Positions 36,409 through 53,359 of a DNA stretch of 64,000 bases are shown here, one piece after another (position 1 is the first letter of the stretch; the number at the start of each line of letters is the position of its first letter). The notes beneath the pieces are model-generated. The model saw only the letters and a program-made list of their open reading frames with translations, had not been told where the DNA came from and made no database searches. The position numbers were made by a program, and so were the translations under genes. This stretch comes from Macrostomum lignano (lineage: Eukaryota). The stretch spans positions 32,222 through 96,221 of the forward strand of contig NIVC01002783.1 in NCBI GenBank assembly GCA_002269645.1, given 5' to 3'.

Positions 36409-38529
36409 TTTGTATCTAAGTGCTTAGACTGCTGTCTAATGAATTTTGAACAGGGCATGAAATTTACCCAGTTTTTATCCCTTTAAACAAGTAAATTAGT
36501 CTCTAGTAATCTAGCCATTTTGTATCTAAGTGCTTAGACTGCTGTCTAATGAATTTTGAACAGGGCATGAAATTTACCCAGTTTTTATCCCTTTAAACAA
36601 GTAAATAAGAGAAATGGAAAAAAGCTACACCAGATTTTATATGAAGAAGAGATTTGTTTAATGCGAAATACATTTTTACCTCTTAGGGCCCTACTATAAG
36701 TAGGAAATTAAGACTCATAACCATTTTTGTCTTTAGCCCTGCAATATGCTAATAAAATTTTGACTGCCTGTCTAAACCCCCCCATTGCAACCCCATATCT
36801 CCCCACCCGAAGCTATCCAATAGTAAACCAGCTGTCATTTTCCGTGACCCCCACCTCAGCTGTGGCCATCTTGGTGTGTGGCCATCTTGGTCTTACACCC
36901 TAAAATCATTTTAGCAATTTAGTGCCGCAGGTGCAGACATTCATTTTAGTACTACAAGCAATCATTTTGATATAACAGGTATTCATTTTGGCACTCTTAA
37001 GCAAAATTTTTGCTTTCTAATTCTAGGATGACTTAATTTCTAGGTAGGCTTATGCAATATTATTCTAATCTCTATCAGGGTAGGCCTAGATTAATTAAAT
37101 AATTGATAATTAAATCACATCATTTAAAGTATATTATACTTGTATATTAAATATAAATATATTAAAAAATTACAAATAGCATTCAACTTATTACCAAATT
37201 GTCTATTACAGAATTGTCTGTTATCAAATTGTCTTATATTCCTTATTTGGCTATTTGTTTAGAGCTCTAGATAGTGTAAATATAGTATAAGCCCTATAAT
37301 AAACCCAGTTGAGCATAGGCCTATTACCTTAGCAATAAAATATAAAAAATTAAAAGAATAGCTATATCTAATGCTTTAATTTGATTACAATAATTCTATA
37401 ATATTAATAATAGAACTTATATATTTAATGAGTTTAGACTAAAAACCTATTCAAAATGTGTTTGAGTAGACCTATCTTGGTCTACTAAGGGCTAGGGTCT
37501 AGATTTTATTTGAGTCTGTATTTCTATTGTGTGTTTTTTAGGAAATAGGTTTAAAATTATAAATCTGAGTTTTATATCTTTTTAGAGGCTTATTTTTTAT
37601 CTTTTAGTTACAGGTTAAGTAATAATGTAATATGGGCCTTAGTCATTCTATCAACTGGCATTTTGCCATTTTTTCAACTTAGTTTTAGTTTTCTTTGTTT
37701 GATTTGTCAACTTAGCCAATGAAATGGTCTTAAACCTTAGTCATTTTATTAATTACTAATAAATTATCCCATGCAAGAAGAAAAACTAAAACTGAACCCC
37801 TATGCATATGGGTAGTAAGAGTTCGCAATATCAAGAGCATATGCTTTCCCTTAGAAAATGAATTTCTATGGCATACGAGTACAATGCATTATCCTTTTCC
37901 TAGCACTTTTGATTTTCTAATGTTTGAGTGCTTATCACAATATACTAAATTTCTAAGATTTGTCTATCTTAATAGATAATATTTGTAATTTTATGTGCTT
38001 TTTCTAATTTTAGGTTTTAATTAGCAACCTAATGGCTTGTAGATATAGTAAAACTTAGCTATTCCATTCCATTCCTAAAGCATTTTTAGTACCAATCACT
38101 CAGTCTTTTGATTTTTTATGCACAATTGAAAAACTAGTATTTGCTTTCCTCCTCTTTTCTTTCTATTTTCTCTTTGTCTTTTCCCTTTTCTCTTTCTCTT
38201 TCCACACTCTCTCTCTCTCTGCCTTTTTTCTCTCGCACTCTTTATTGTACATGTGTCATGGTTTAAATCTTATTTTGATAAAGATTGCATCACAATTGAA
38301 TTGTAGTATAGTGACTCTAACTTAAATAGTCAATATTGAAAGCATAGTGTGGAAGTATAGCATGCAATTTGATTTTGATTGTGTTCAACCAATTTGTTTT
38401 TTTTTAATTGAGACTGATATTGACCAACTAAGAAACTGATTATATCATAACTACTTCATGCACAATTGGCAAACTGACTTTAAAAGCTAGAGAAAGGGAG
38501 AAAAAAGAAATATAAATCTATTTGATTTG

Positions 38530-38820
38530 CTTGCTATTAGGAGGAATGCTTGTTATCTAAGAGATGCTTGTTATCTGGGACTGGGAGGCACTTGCTATCT
38601 TGGGGTTGCTTGCTATCTAAGGGATGTTTACTATTGGAAGATGCTTGCATTTGGGAAAGGGGGTACTTTTTGCTTAGGGGATGCTAGATATCTAGGGATG
38701 TTTACTATTTAGGGATGCTTGCTATATGGGAGATGCTTGCTATCTAGGGGATGTTTGCTATTTGGGAGGATGCTTACTATATAGGTGAAATTGGGAATGC
38801 TTGCTATCTTTAGAAGGCTT
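38530..38820. repeat. Degenerate ~20-bp tandem repeat (GATGCTTGCTATCTAGGG-like)
   Basis: Recurrent core read directly. Confidence 0.7.
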
Positions 38821-39429
38821 TATTTTGTTATGTTCTTTTGCTACTTTTAGAAAAAAGAGATTAATAGCAAACATCTTTGTCTGTGATAATTTTACTCAAA
38901 TAAGGTGATTATAAAACTGAACAAGGAATTGGTTCTTAACAAAATGTGGGGTTTATAGATTTGCATAAATAGTTTCTGTTCCTTTCTTATTGTCTTATTG
39001 GCCACCCCAAAGAGGGCACTAGCTTGCTAGTGTATAACTAAAATTATAGGCCTACTATTTTATGGTTATCAAAGCTTTAAAATTCTGTTTTATTTATAAC
39101 AGCATTATAATTAAACTATATAAGGTATCTATTTTGCCATTGTTGCCATAATATACTATATAGCTATAGTTGTAACTTTAGAAAAACAGCAAATCTTTCT
39201 AATGATATATTAGTTTTATGCATTTATTCATTTCTATTCAACTTCTCATTTATCTATACTACCATTTTAACAATTTTTTTTATAATTTATATCTTCTAAC
39301 AATTCCAAATTTAAATTTGTTGCTATTGAAATCTTTGAATAAAGCTATATATATATTATTTTAATATATTATTTTAAAATAACAAATTATTTTATTTATA
39401 TAAAAATATTATTTTATTTTATTTTATTT

Positions 39430-39589
39430 AAGACAAATTATTTTAATATATAAAATAATATATATATATACTTAGATAGATGTCTAAGTATTGCTGAAAA
39501 TTTGCTGAAAATAGCAAATAGATGTTTGATATTTTCATTATTTTAAAAATAATATATATATTATTTTATATATTAAAATAATTTGTCTT
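39430..39589. repeat. AT-rich 38-bp perfect inverted repeat
   Basis: 39430-39467 is the reverse complement of 39552-39589. Confidence 0.75.
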
Positions 39590-39880
39590 TATTTTTCTTT
39601 ATTGACTAGTATATTCCATGTATATATTAAATTGTCATCATTTTTAAACCATTTAATTTATAACACTTGCAAAACTATACTTTTCTAGAATGTGTTTTAA
39701 GCAAAAACATTGCATTTATACTCTATATAGCAGCTAATTACAAACTAGAATTTGAATGCAAGCTAATTTTTTTGCTTTTTATACCTTAAAGCTTCAAATG
39801 CATTTTACACTCAGTTATTGAAACAATAATGAAATATTGCAGCATAACATCCTAATCACTGCATTATTATCTTTGAGACA

Positions 39881-44511
<4,631 letters not shown>

Positions 44512-45062
44512 GCTGCTTGTGCAAGCACGGCCTGCGTTGAATAACCTAATCATTACTGTGCAAATTAATCATAACGCGTTTGATTACTAATAATTTTCTA
44601 TTGCGGTAAACGGTGCCTTTTTTATTCTGCTAGATTACTCTCATGATTTTTCTATTTGCCAATGGAACAGAACGGGATATTTCTGTATTCAATAGCGATT
44701 TGTCTGTATAATTTGCACTAAGATTTTAGCTAGGGGGTTTAATTAGTGCTGATTGATTTTAGATGTAATTGCAGTAATTGTTAATTAGCAATTCATGCTT
44801 CCGTACATGCTGTACAGAGTTTGCATCAGCATAATAATAATGTCAGATTTTTATTAACTTTATTGTTTTCGGTACACTGTTAATACAAAAATATTTCTTT
44901 GCAAATAAGTTCACAAACAGCCTTATTTGTGAACTTATTATTTGTAATCTAAATGCTCAGATCAGTAAAACAATTTTTCTGAGTCATAAATTACTGTTTA
45001 AAAATAGTCTTATTTCTCAAGCAGGTATAAAAGTTAACTTTTATAATCAAATCAATATAATT

Positions 45063-45245
45063 TTTGTCCTTGAGCAAGACACTGAACTCTGCATTGCTTC
45101 AGTTCACCCAGCTGTAAAATGGGTGCCAGCATTAGCTGGGGTAATTGAGGCTGTGCGTGGCGACCCCCAGTCCTTGGACTGAACAGCCGTACGCAGCCTT
45201 CAGATGCGCCGCGCAATAGCTGCGGCTGAGCTGTCGGTTGCACAT
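45063..45245 (+). mobile_element. 5'-truncated copy of the CORE-type SINE
   Basis: Near-identical to 43690-43870. Confidence 0.85.
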
Positions 45246-45639
45246 AATTCCAAATTCCAAAGCAATCTGAGTTCGCATCTGCACTCCCAACTTTAATTAT
45301 AACATCGTTAAAGTTATCCCAAACTGCTTAACCATCCTTTCCACTGCTGAACTCTCTGCACTTAGTTTGTAACTAAGACTTCCCTGCTTTTTACACGCGT
45401 TGCTGCCAATCGGAGGTACTGTTGCTAAAGGTATTTGAGGCAGTTTCAATCCTCTGCAGTGAAGCTTGGACTCGTCAGTATTTAATTGTTTCCAGATTAA
45501 TCCAGTTCAGGTCCAGTGTTCATGTTTCTTTTTACAATGGGTTTTCAACAGTCTAAACACTTATTTTTTATTTAATAATGTCTCCTAAGTGCTGATGAGC
45601 TACTAATAATATAAAAATATGTATTAAAAATGTTCTCCG

Positions 45640-45825
45640 GAGGGTTGCGGCCACCCTGGCGCGACGCCTTCGGCGACATCTTCCCGCAACCAGCGCTTGG
45701 GGTTGGCCCTCATAGCTGTGAATCGCACGACAACCTTCCGGCCAAACTTCGTGCACACACGAGCCCCAAATGAATGCGATCGAACTAGGGGTTGTGGCGC
45801 GTTTATCACTGAGCTGCTCTGTCCC
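45640..45825 (-). mobile_element. Putative SINE family 2, copy 2
   Basis: Shares both ends with 42160-42390 (CACCCTGG..CTTCGGCGA..CCCGCAA.CAGCGC and CGAAC.AGGGGTTGTGG..TCACTGAG.TGCTCTGTCC). Confidence 0.45.
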
Positions 45826-46092
45826 CATTGCATTGGCTACTTACTAAGTAGTATCAAGCATAGTATTTCGACTGTTGAAAACATAAAACACAATAAACTT
45901 TTTTGGTCAGCTTCGGTTTTATTTAACCTTGGACAAAATGTTTTCTTAAAATTTGCATGCCAACACTTTGCGAATGCAAATAAATGCCGCAATTGTGATT
46001 CTGCACTGGATTTTTCAATTCTTACATTGCTAGCTTCATTTTTTTATTAGTTTATTCCAATCACACCTTAGCTAGCTGCAGATAAGAGTATA

Positions 46093-46906
46093 AGGGTTAG
46101 GGACTGGCTTTGTTTGGGTTAGGGACCGGCTTTGTTTGGGTTAGGGACCGGCTTCATTGGGGTTAGGGACCGGCTTCGCTGGGGTTAGGGACTGGCTTTG
46201 TTTGGGTTAGGGACCGGCTTCATTGGGGTTAGGGACCGGCTTCGCTGGGGTTAGGGACTGGCTTTGTTTGGGTTAGGGACCGGCTTTGTTTGGGTTAGGG
46301 ACCGGCTTCATTGGGGTTAGGGACCGGCTTCGCTGGGGTTAGGGACTGGCTTTGTTTGGGTTAGGGACCGGCTTTGTTTGGGTTAGGGACCGGCTTCATT
46401 GGGGTTAGGGACCGGCTTCGCTGGGGTTAGGGACTGGCTTTGTTTGGGTTAGGGACCGGCTTTGTTTGGGTTAGGGACCGGCTTTGTTTGGGTTAGGGAC
46501 CGGCTTCATTGGGGTTAGGGACCGGCTTCGCTGGGGTTAGGGACTGGCTTTGTTTGGGTTAGGGACCGGCTTTGTTTGGGTTAGGGACCGGCTTCATTGG
46601 GGTTAGGGACCGGCTTCGCTGGGGTTAGGGACTGGCTTTGATGGGTTTAGGGACCGGCTTTGATAGGGTTAGGGACCGGCTTTGATAGGGTTAGGGACCG
46701 GCTTTGATAGGGTTAGGGACCGGCTTTGATAGGGTTAGGGACCGGCTTTGATAGGGTTGGGGACAGGCTTTGATAGGGTTAGGGACCGGCTTTGATAGGG
46801 TTAGGGACCGGCTTTGTTTGGATTAGGGACCGGCTTTGATAGGGTTGGGGACAGGCTTTGATAGGGTTAGGGACCGGCTTTGATAGGGTTAGGGACCGGC
46901 TTTGAT
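46093..46906 (+). repeat. 22-bp minisatellite with a GGGTTAGGG telomere-like core, ~36 units
   Basis: Units such as TTAGGGACCGGCTTTGTTTGGG, TTAGGGACCGGCTTCATTGGGG and TTAGGGACCGGCTTTGATAGGG. Confidence 0.95.
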
Positions 46907-47051
46907 GTGGTCATGGAATCCTTCAGGTCCTAGCAGGCAAGCTGTATTGCAGCTGTGTTACTAAGCTGAACCAGTTTTACTGCACTCCAGAGAGCTGCAT
47001 TGCATAGCCAAGCAGCGATCAACCGCTAGTGAATTCCTCAACTGACTGGCC

Positions 47052-50000
47052 ATGTCCGACCTGGTTGTACAGCAGACTAACGACGATGCGGCCGCCTCCA
47101 AGCGACACGCCGTACGCCTGGGCTACTACGAAGACCCGTTCATAACTGCGGTTAGCCGCGGCGGCGGCGGCTTCGCGGGCGGAGGGGATGCCAGCAAACC
47201 GCCGGAGATCAGCCGAGGCTACTGGGCCAGAGTAGTCGCTCTGCGCGCTATCTTAATTAGTTTGCTGCGAGATGTCGGGTGCCGATGCCAGGTGTGTTGT
47301 GTAGCTCGCTGAAGTTCACTGTAGTCACTGTGAAATCCAGTCACTGTGAACTCCAGTCACTGTGAACTCCAGTCACTGTGAACTCCAGTCACTGTGAACT
47401 CCAGTCACTGTGAACTCCAGTCACTGTGAACTCCAGTCACTGTGAACTCCAGTCACTGTGAAATCCAGTCACTGTGAACTCCAGTCACTGTGAACTCCAG
47501 TCACTGTGAACTCCAGTCACTGTGAAATCCAGTCACTGTGAACTCCAGTCACTGTGAACTCCAGTCACTGTGAAATCCAGTCACTGTGAACTCCAGTCAC
47601 TGTCAATCCATTCACTGTGAACTCCAGTCACTGTGAAATCCAGTCACTGTGAACTCCAGTCACTGTCAATCCATTCACTGTGAACTCCAGTCACTGTCAA
47701 TCCATTCACTGTGAACTCCAGTCACTGTGAATTCCAGTCACTGTGAACTCCAGTCACTGTGAACTCCAGTCACTGTCAATCCATTCACTGTGAACTCCAG
47801 TCACTGTGAAATCCAGTCACTGTGAACTCCAGTCACTGTCAATCCATTCACTGTGAACTCCAGTCACTGTGAAATCCAGTCACTGTGAAATCCAGTCACT
47901 GTGAACTCCAGTCACTGTCAATCCATTCACTGTGAACTCCAGTCACTGTCAATCCATTCACTGTGAACTCCAGTCACTGTGAAATCCAGTCACTGTGAAC
48001 TCCAGTCACTGTCAATCCATTCACTGTGAACTCCAGTCACTGTGAAATCCAGTCACTGTGAACTCCAGTCACTGTCAATCCATTCACTGTGAACTCCAGT
48101 CACTGTCAATCCATTCACTGTGAACTCCAGTCACTGTCAATCCATTCACTGTGAAATCCAGTCACTGTGAACTCCAGTCACTGTCAATCCATTCACTGTG
48201 AAATCCAGTCACTGTGAACTCCAGTCACTGTCAATCCATTCACTGTGAACTCCAGTCACTGTGAAATCCAGTCACTGTGAACTCCAGTCACTGTCAATCC
48301 ATTCACTGTGAACTCCAGTCACTGTGAAATCCAGTCACTGTGAACTCCAGTCACTGTGAAATCCATTCACTGTGAACTCCAGTCACTGTGAAATCCAGTC
48401 ACTGTGAACTCCAGTCACTGTCAATCCATTCACTGTGAACTCCAGTCACTGTAAAATCCAGTCACTGTGAACTCCAGTCACTGTCAATCCATTCACTGTG
48501 AACTCCAGTCACTGTCAATCCATTCACTGTGAACTCCAGTCACTGTCAATCCATTCACTGTGAACTCCAGTCACTGTGAAATCCAGTCACTGTGAACTCC
48601 AGTCACTGTCAATCCATTCACTGTGAACTCCAGTCACTGTCAATCCATTCACTGTGAACTCCAGTCACTGTGAATTCCAGTCACTGTGAACTCCAGTCAC
48701 TGTGAACTCCAGTCACTGTGAAATCCAGTCACTGTGAACTCCAGTCACTGTCAATCCATTCACTGTGAACTCCAGTCACTGTGAAATCCAGTCACTGTGA
48801 ACTCCAGTCACTGTCAATCCATTCACTGTGAACTCCAGTCACTGTGAAATCCAGTCACTGTGAACTCCAGTCACTGTCAATCCATTCACTGTGAACTCCA
48901 GTCACTGTCAATCCATTCACTGTGAACTCCAGTCACTGTGAAATCCAGTCACTGTGAACTCCAGTCACTGTGAAATCCAGTCACTGTGAACTCCAGTCAC
49001 TGTGAAATCCATTCACTGTGAACTCCAGTCACTGTGAAATCCATTCACTGTGAACTCCAGTCACTGTGAAATCCAGTCACTGTGAACTCCAGTCACTGTC
49101 AATCCATTCACTGTGAACTCCAGTCACTGTGAAATCCAGTCACTGTGAACTCCAGTCACTGTCAATCCATTCACTGTGAACTCCAGTCACTGTCAATCCA
49201 TTCACTGTGAACTCCAGTCACTGTGAAATCCAGTCACTGTGAACTCCAGTCACTGTGAAATCCAGTCACTGTGAACTCCAGTCACTGTCAATCCATTCAC
49301 TGTGAACTCCAGTCACTGTGAAATCCAGTCACTGTGAACTCCAGTCACTGTCAATCCATTCACTGTGAACTCCAGTCACTGTCAATCCATTCACAGTGAA
49401 ATCCAGTCACTGTGAACTCCAGTCACTGTCAATCCATTCACTGTGAAATCCAGTCACTGTGAACTCCAGTCACTGTCAATCCAGTCACTGTGAACTCCAG
49501 TCACTGTCAATCCATTCACTGTGAACTCCAGTCACTGTGAAATCCAGTCACTGTGAACTCCAGTCACTGTCAATCCATTCACTGTGAACTCCAGTCACTG
49601 TGAAATCCAGTCACTGTGAACTCCAGTCACTGTGAACTCCAGTCACTGTGAACTCCAGTCACTGTGAAATCCAGTCACTGTCAATCCATTCACTGTGAAC
49701 TCCAGTCACTGTCAATCCATTCACTGTGAAATCCAGTCACTGTGAACTCCAGTCACTGTGAAATCCAGTCACTGTGAACTCCAGTCACTGTGAACTCCAG
49801 TCACTGTGAACTCCAGTCACTGTGAACTCCAGTCACTGTGAAATCCATTCACTGTGAACTCCAGTCACTGTGAAATCCAGTCACTGTGAACTCCAGTCAC
49901 TGTGAAATCCAGTCACTGTGAACTCCAGTCACTGTGAACTCCAGTCACTGTCAATCCATTCACTGTGAAATCCAGTCACTGTGAAATCCAGTCACTGTGA

Positions 50001-51502
50001 ACTCCAGTCACTGTGAAATCCAGTCACTGTGAACTCCAGTCACTGTCAATCCATTCACTGTGAAATCCAGTCACTTTAGAGTTAAAATCCAACTTTCCGT
50101 TTCTATTGACCGGTCCTTGTCGTATTAACTCCATTCAAATTCTACCATTACGTCACACACAACAGGTAGTGAACCTGGGTGCCGGGTCTGACACAACCTA
50201 CATGTGCTTGTGCACTAGCTGGCCCCAGGCCGACTGGTTGCCATGCAAATGGGTTGACGCCGACCTGCAAGACAACACTAGCCGCAAAGTTCTACAGGTG
50301 ACCTCTAATCGGCAATTATTGGAAGCTATCGGTGGCGATGAGGTTGACATTGTGCACAATCGGCATGAGCTGCACGCTGATCCGTATCACATTGTGCCCG
50401 CTGATCTGCGCGATCCAGCAGCTGTGGTGTCTACTCTGCGGAGTAGCTGCGGACTTGATGCAGACTTGCCTACCATTTTCTTAGCCGAATGCGTTCTGGT
50501 TTACCTGCCTGTCGAGTCTAGCGAGAAACTGTTGGCTCAATTAGCTAATCAGTTTACTAAATCCGCTTTGCTGCATTATGAACAGGTGAGAAGAACAGCC
50601 GTTATGTATCTAAAGTATTTTTTGGTTAACTGATGCGTATTGAAAGTACATGTAACTATTTCTCAGTCAGCCGATATGTATCGAAAGTAACTATTTCACA
50701 GTCAGCCGATATGTATCGAAAGTAACTATTTCTCAGTCAGCCAATATGTATCAAAAGTAACTCTTTCTCAATCAGCCGATATGTATTGAAAGTGACTATT
50801 TCTCAGTCAGCGATGTGTATTCAAAAGTAACTATTTCTACAATGTAAGTCAGCCGATATGTATCGAAAGTGACTATTTCTCAGTCAGCCGATATGTATCG
50901 AAAGTAACGATTTCTCAGTCAGCCGATATGTATCGAAAGTTATGTCCAATAGCGTCTGAAGAGAGAGTCAAGTAACCTTTCTGGTTTGGTGGGTCAAGAG
51001 GATATTATGTCTAGAATTCTCATGCATAATCTAATCGCGATTGGCTACTTTTTACGAGTTAACTGTGCCCTAAAGGGCCGTTTTAACTACGAGTATTTGG
51101 CTTGATCGGCAAATGCAATATTTTCCACTTATATAAATATAGAAAGTTTTTGTTAAATCCCTAATTCGCCAGGTTAATCTCAGCGACCGTTTCGGCGAGG
51201 TGATGCTATCAAATTTTCGCTCTCGCGGCTGCGACCTCGCCGGCTCGGCCGCCTGCGCCAGCGAAGACGCCCAGCGTCAGCGCCTGCTCCGCGCCGGCTG
51301 GCCCGCGGCCGCTGTCTGGACGATGCGCCGAGTTTATGCGGCCCTGCCGCAGCCGGCCACGGCTAGGGTGGAGCGCATCGAGATGCTGGACGAACGAGAA
51401 GGATTCGACCAGCTGCTGGAGCACTACTGCATCGCCTACGCTGCCAGCTCGCCTTTCCCGTCTGAGCCCGACTTGGCAAATCGCTTGGCTAGCGTTCGCT
51501 GA
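47052..51502 (+). CDS. LCMT1: Leucine carboxyl methyltransferase 1 (PP2A methyltransferase), ~329 aa. Exons 47052-47291, 50166-50585, 51173-51502
   Basis: QQTNDDAAASKRHAVRLGYYEDPF; PEISRGYWARV; VVNLGAGSDT (SAM motif); ADLRD; PTIFLAECVLVYL; YEQ|VNLSDRFGEVM; EMLDEREGFDQLLEHYC. All introns are phase-0 GT-AG. Confidence 0.95.
47320..50078. repeat. 15/16-bp minisatellite filling LCMT1 intron 1 (~2.75 kb)
   Basis: Units CAGTCACTGTGAACTC, CAGTCACTGTGAAATC, CAGTCACTGTCAATC and CATTCACTGTGAACTC. Confidence 0.97.
50650..50940. repeat. 35-bp tandem repeat (LCMT1 intron 2)
   Basis: Unit CAGTCAGCCGATATGTATCGAAAGTAACTATTTCT. Confidence 0.88.
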
Positions 51503-51554
51503 CCTCCCCCACCACTGCTCAGCCTCTTGTACTGCCCTTCTGCTAGCCTATCAC

Positions 51555-52400
51555 TGACCCTCCGTCTCCGCCCCTTCCCCTGTCTCACCCTCCGTCTCCG
51601 CCCCTTCCCCTGTCTCACCCTCCGTCTCCGCCCCTTCCCCTGTCTCACCCTCTGTCTCCGCCCCTTCCCCTGTCTTACCCCCCGTCTCCGCCCCTTCCCC
51701 TGTCTCACCCCCGTCTCCGCCCCTTCCCCTGTCTCACCCTCTGTCTCCGCCCCTTCCCCTGTCTTACCCTCTGTCTCCGCCCCTTCCCCTGTCTTACCCT
51801 CTGTCTCCGCCCCCTTCCCCTGTCTCACCCCCCGTCTCCGCCCCTTCCCCTGTCTCACCCTCCGTCTCCGCCCCTTCCCCTGTCTCACCCTCTGTCTCCG
51901 CCCCTTCCCCTGTCTCACCCCCCGTCTCCGCCCCTTCCCCTATCTCACCCTCTGTCTCCGCCCCTTCCCCTGTCTCACCCTCTGTCTCCGCCCCTTCCCC
52001 TGTCTTACCCTCTGTCTCCGCCCCTTCCCCTGTCTCACCCTCTGTCTCCGCCCCTTCCCCTGTCTCACCCTCTGTCTCCGCCCCTTCCCCTGTCTTACCC
52101 TCTGTCTCCGCCCCCTTCCCCTGTCTTACCCTCTGTCTCCGCCCCCTTCCCCTGTCTTACCCTCTGTCTCCGCCCCCTTCCCCTGTCTTACCCTCTGTCT
52201 CCGCCTCTTCCCCTATCTCACCCTCTGTCTCCGCCCCTTCCCCTGTCTCACCCTCTGTCTCCGCCCCCTTCCCCTGTCTTACCCTCTGTCTCCGCCCCCT
52301 TCCCCTGTCTTACCCTCTGTCTCCGCCCCCTTCCCCTGTCTTACCCTCTGTCTCCGCCCCTTCCCCTGTCTCACCCCCTGTCTCCGCCCTCTCCCCCGGT
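51555..52400. repeat. 30/31-bp pyrimidine-rich minisatellite just 3' of the LCMT1 stop
   Basis: Unit TCTGTCTCCGCCCCTTCCCCTGTCTCACCC. Confidence 0.93.
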
Positions 52401-53359
52401 CTCCGCCGGCTCCTCCTCATTTCTGTTGAGCTCTGCTTCCCTGCTTCGCTAACTTGCTAATGCAGGCTTCATGTCAGTAAAATCTAAACTCTATCTTATA
52501 GTCTACCAATTTCTGTAAATTATACCAATGGCTAGGCTGGCTGCCTGTGATTGATATCGACTTACTCATATTAATATATAGCGCCTGTAGTAGTGACTTA
52601 TATAGTGCGATAATTTCCTAATCAGTCGCTTGCTACTGTAATGTAAGACTCACAAAGACCATACTCATTGCATATGGCAAGCGCTTCATCCTCTAATGCA
52701 AAAATACAATTAGTAAATTGCCGTCTCGCAAGACGAGCGGCCCCCTCATTGGTTTTGATTTTTATTGCGATGTGTCTTTTTTAATGTATTTTAGTATCTG
52801 TGAATTGATAGAAGGCAGTTCTCTCTTAGACACTTCTCACCTCAACTAGAAGGACGGGAGACTACGTTTCTTAGAAAATGTTTAGGAGGCTGGTTTTCGC
52901 CGAAAAAATACACAACGGAGATAGGAAGCTTTTACTTTTTTCATATTACATTGTTATTGCTTTCGATAGGAGGCACATCCAGTGTTTATCTTTATGTTGT
53001 GCCTTTCTTATAGCTCTATTGATATTCATAAGGCACGGCTCGGCTCATTGGTTTTATGAATCTGTTTTGTTATTCTTAGCTGACTGTGTAACAAACTTTG
53101 TAACAGAATGAGTCGAGCTGTGTCATTTTTATTTTTCATTTTAAATAGGACATACACGTAGGATATAAAATTATCATAGAATCCTAATTTACAAGCAAAA
53201 CGTACCAAAAGATGATTATTGGGTCAGGCCGCGCCTATCAAAAGCAGTAGCAAGTTTTGTCCAGAAAAAAACTGAAAATTCCCCATCTCCGTAAAGTATT
53301 TTTCGGTAAAACCTGGCCTGGCCTCCTTAACATTTTCAGTCCTTGCTTATGTTATGCAG

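Larger units (their letters stand above)
32556..36899 (-). mobile_element. Mutator-like (MULE) DNA transposon, probably non-autonomous, 4344 bp
   Basis: 42-bp TIRs (32556-32597, 36858-36899; 39/42 identical); flanking direct repeat CTAAAATC at 32548-32555 and 36900-36907; internal PHD+FLYWCH-like ORF. Confidence 0.85.

Noticed and set aside
46093-46906. True telomere or chromosome end
   Set aside because: TTAGGG is embedded in 22-bp units and genes continue on both sides.
47320-50078. CAGTCACTG core shared (as reverse complement) with the 1-1402 array
   Set aside because: Only a 9-mer is shared and the remaining units are unrelated, so chance is sufficient.
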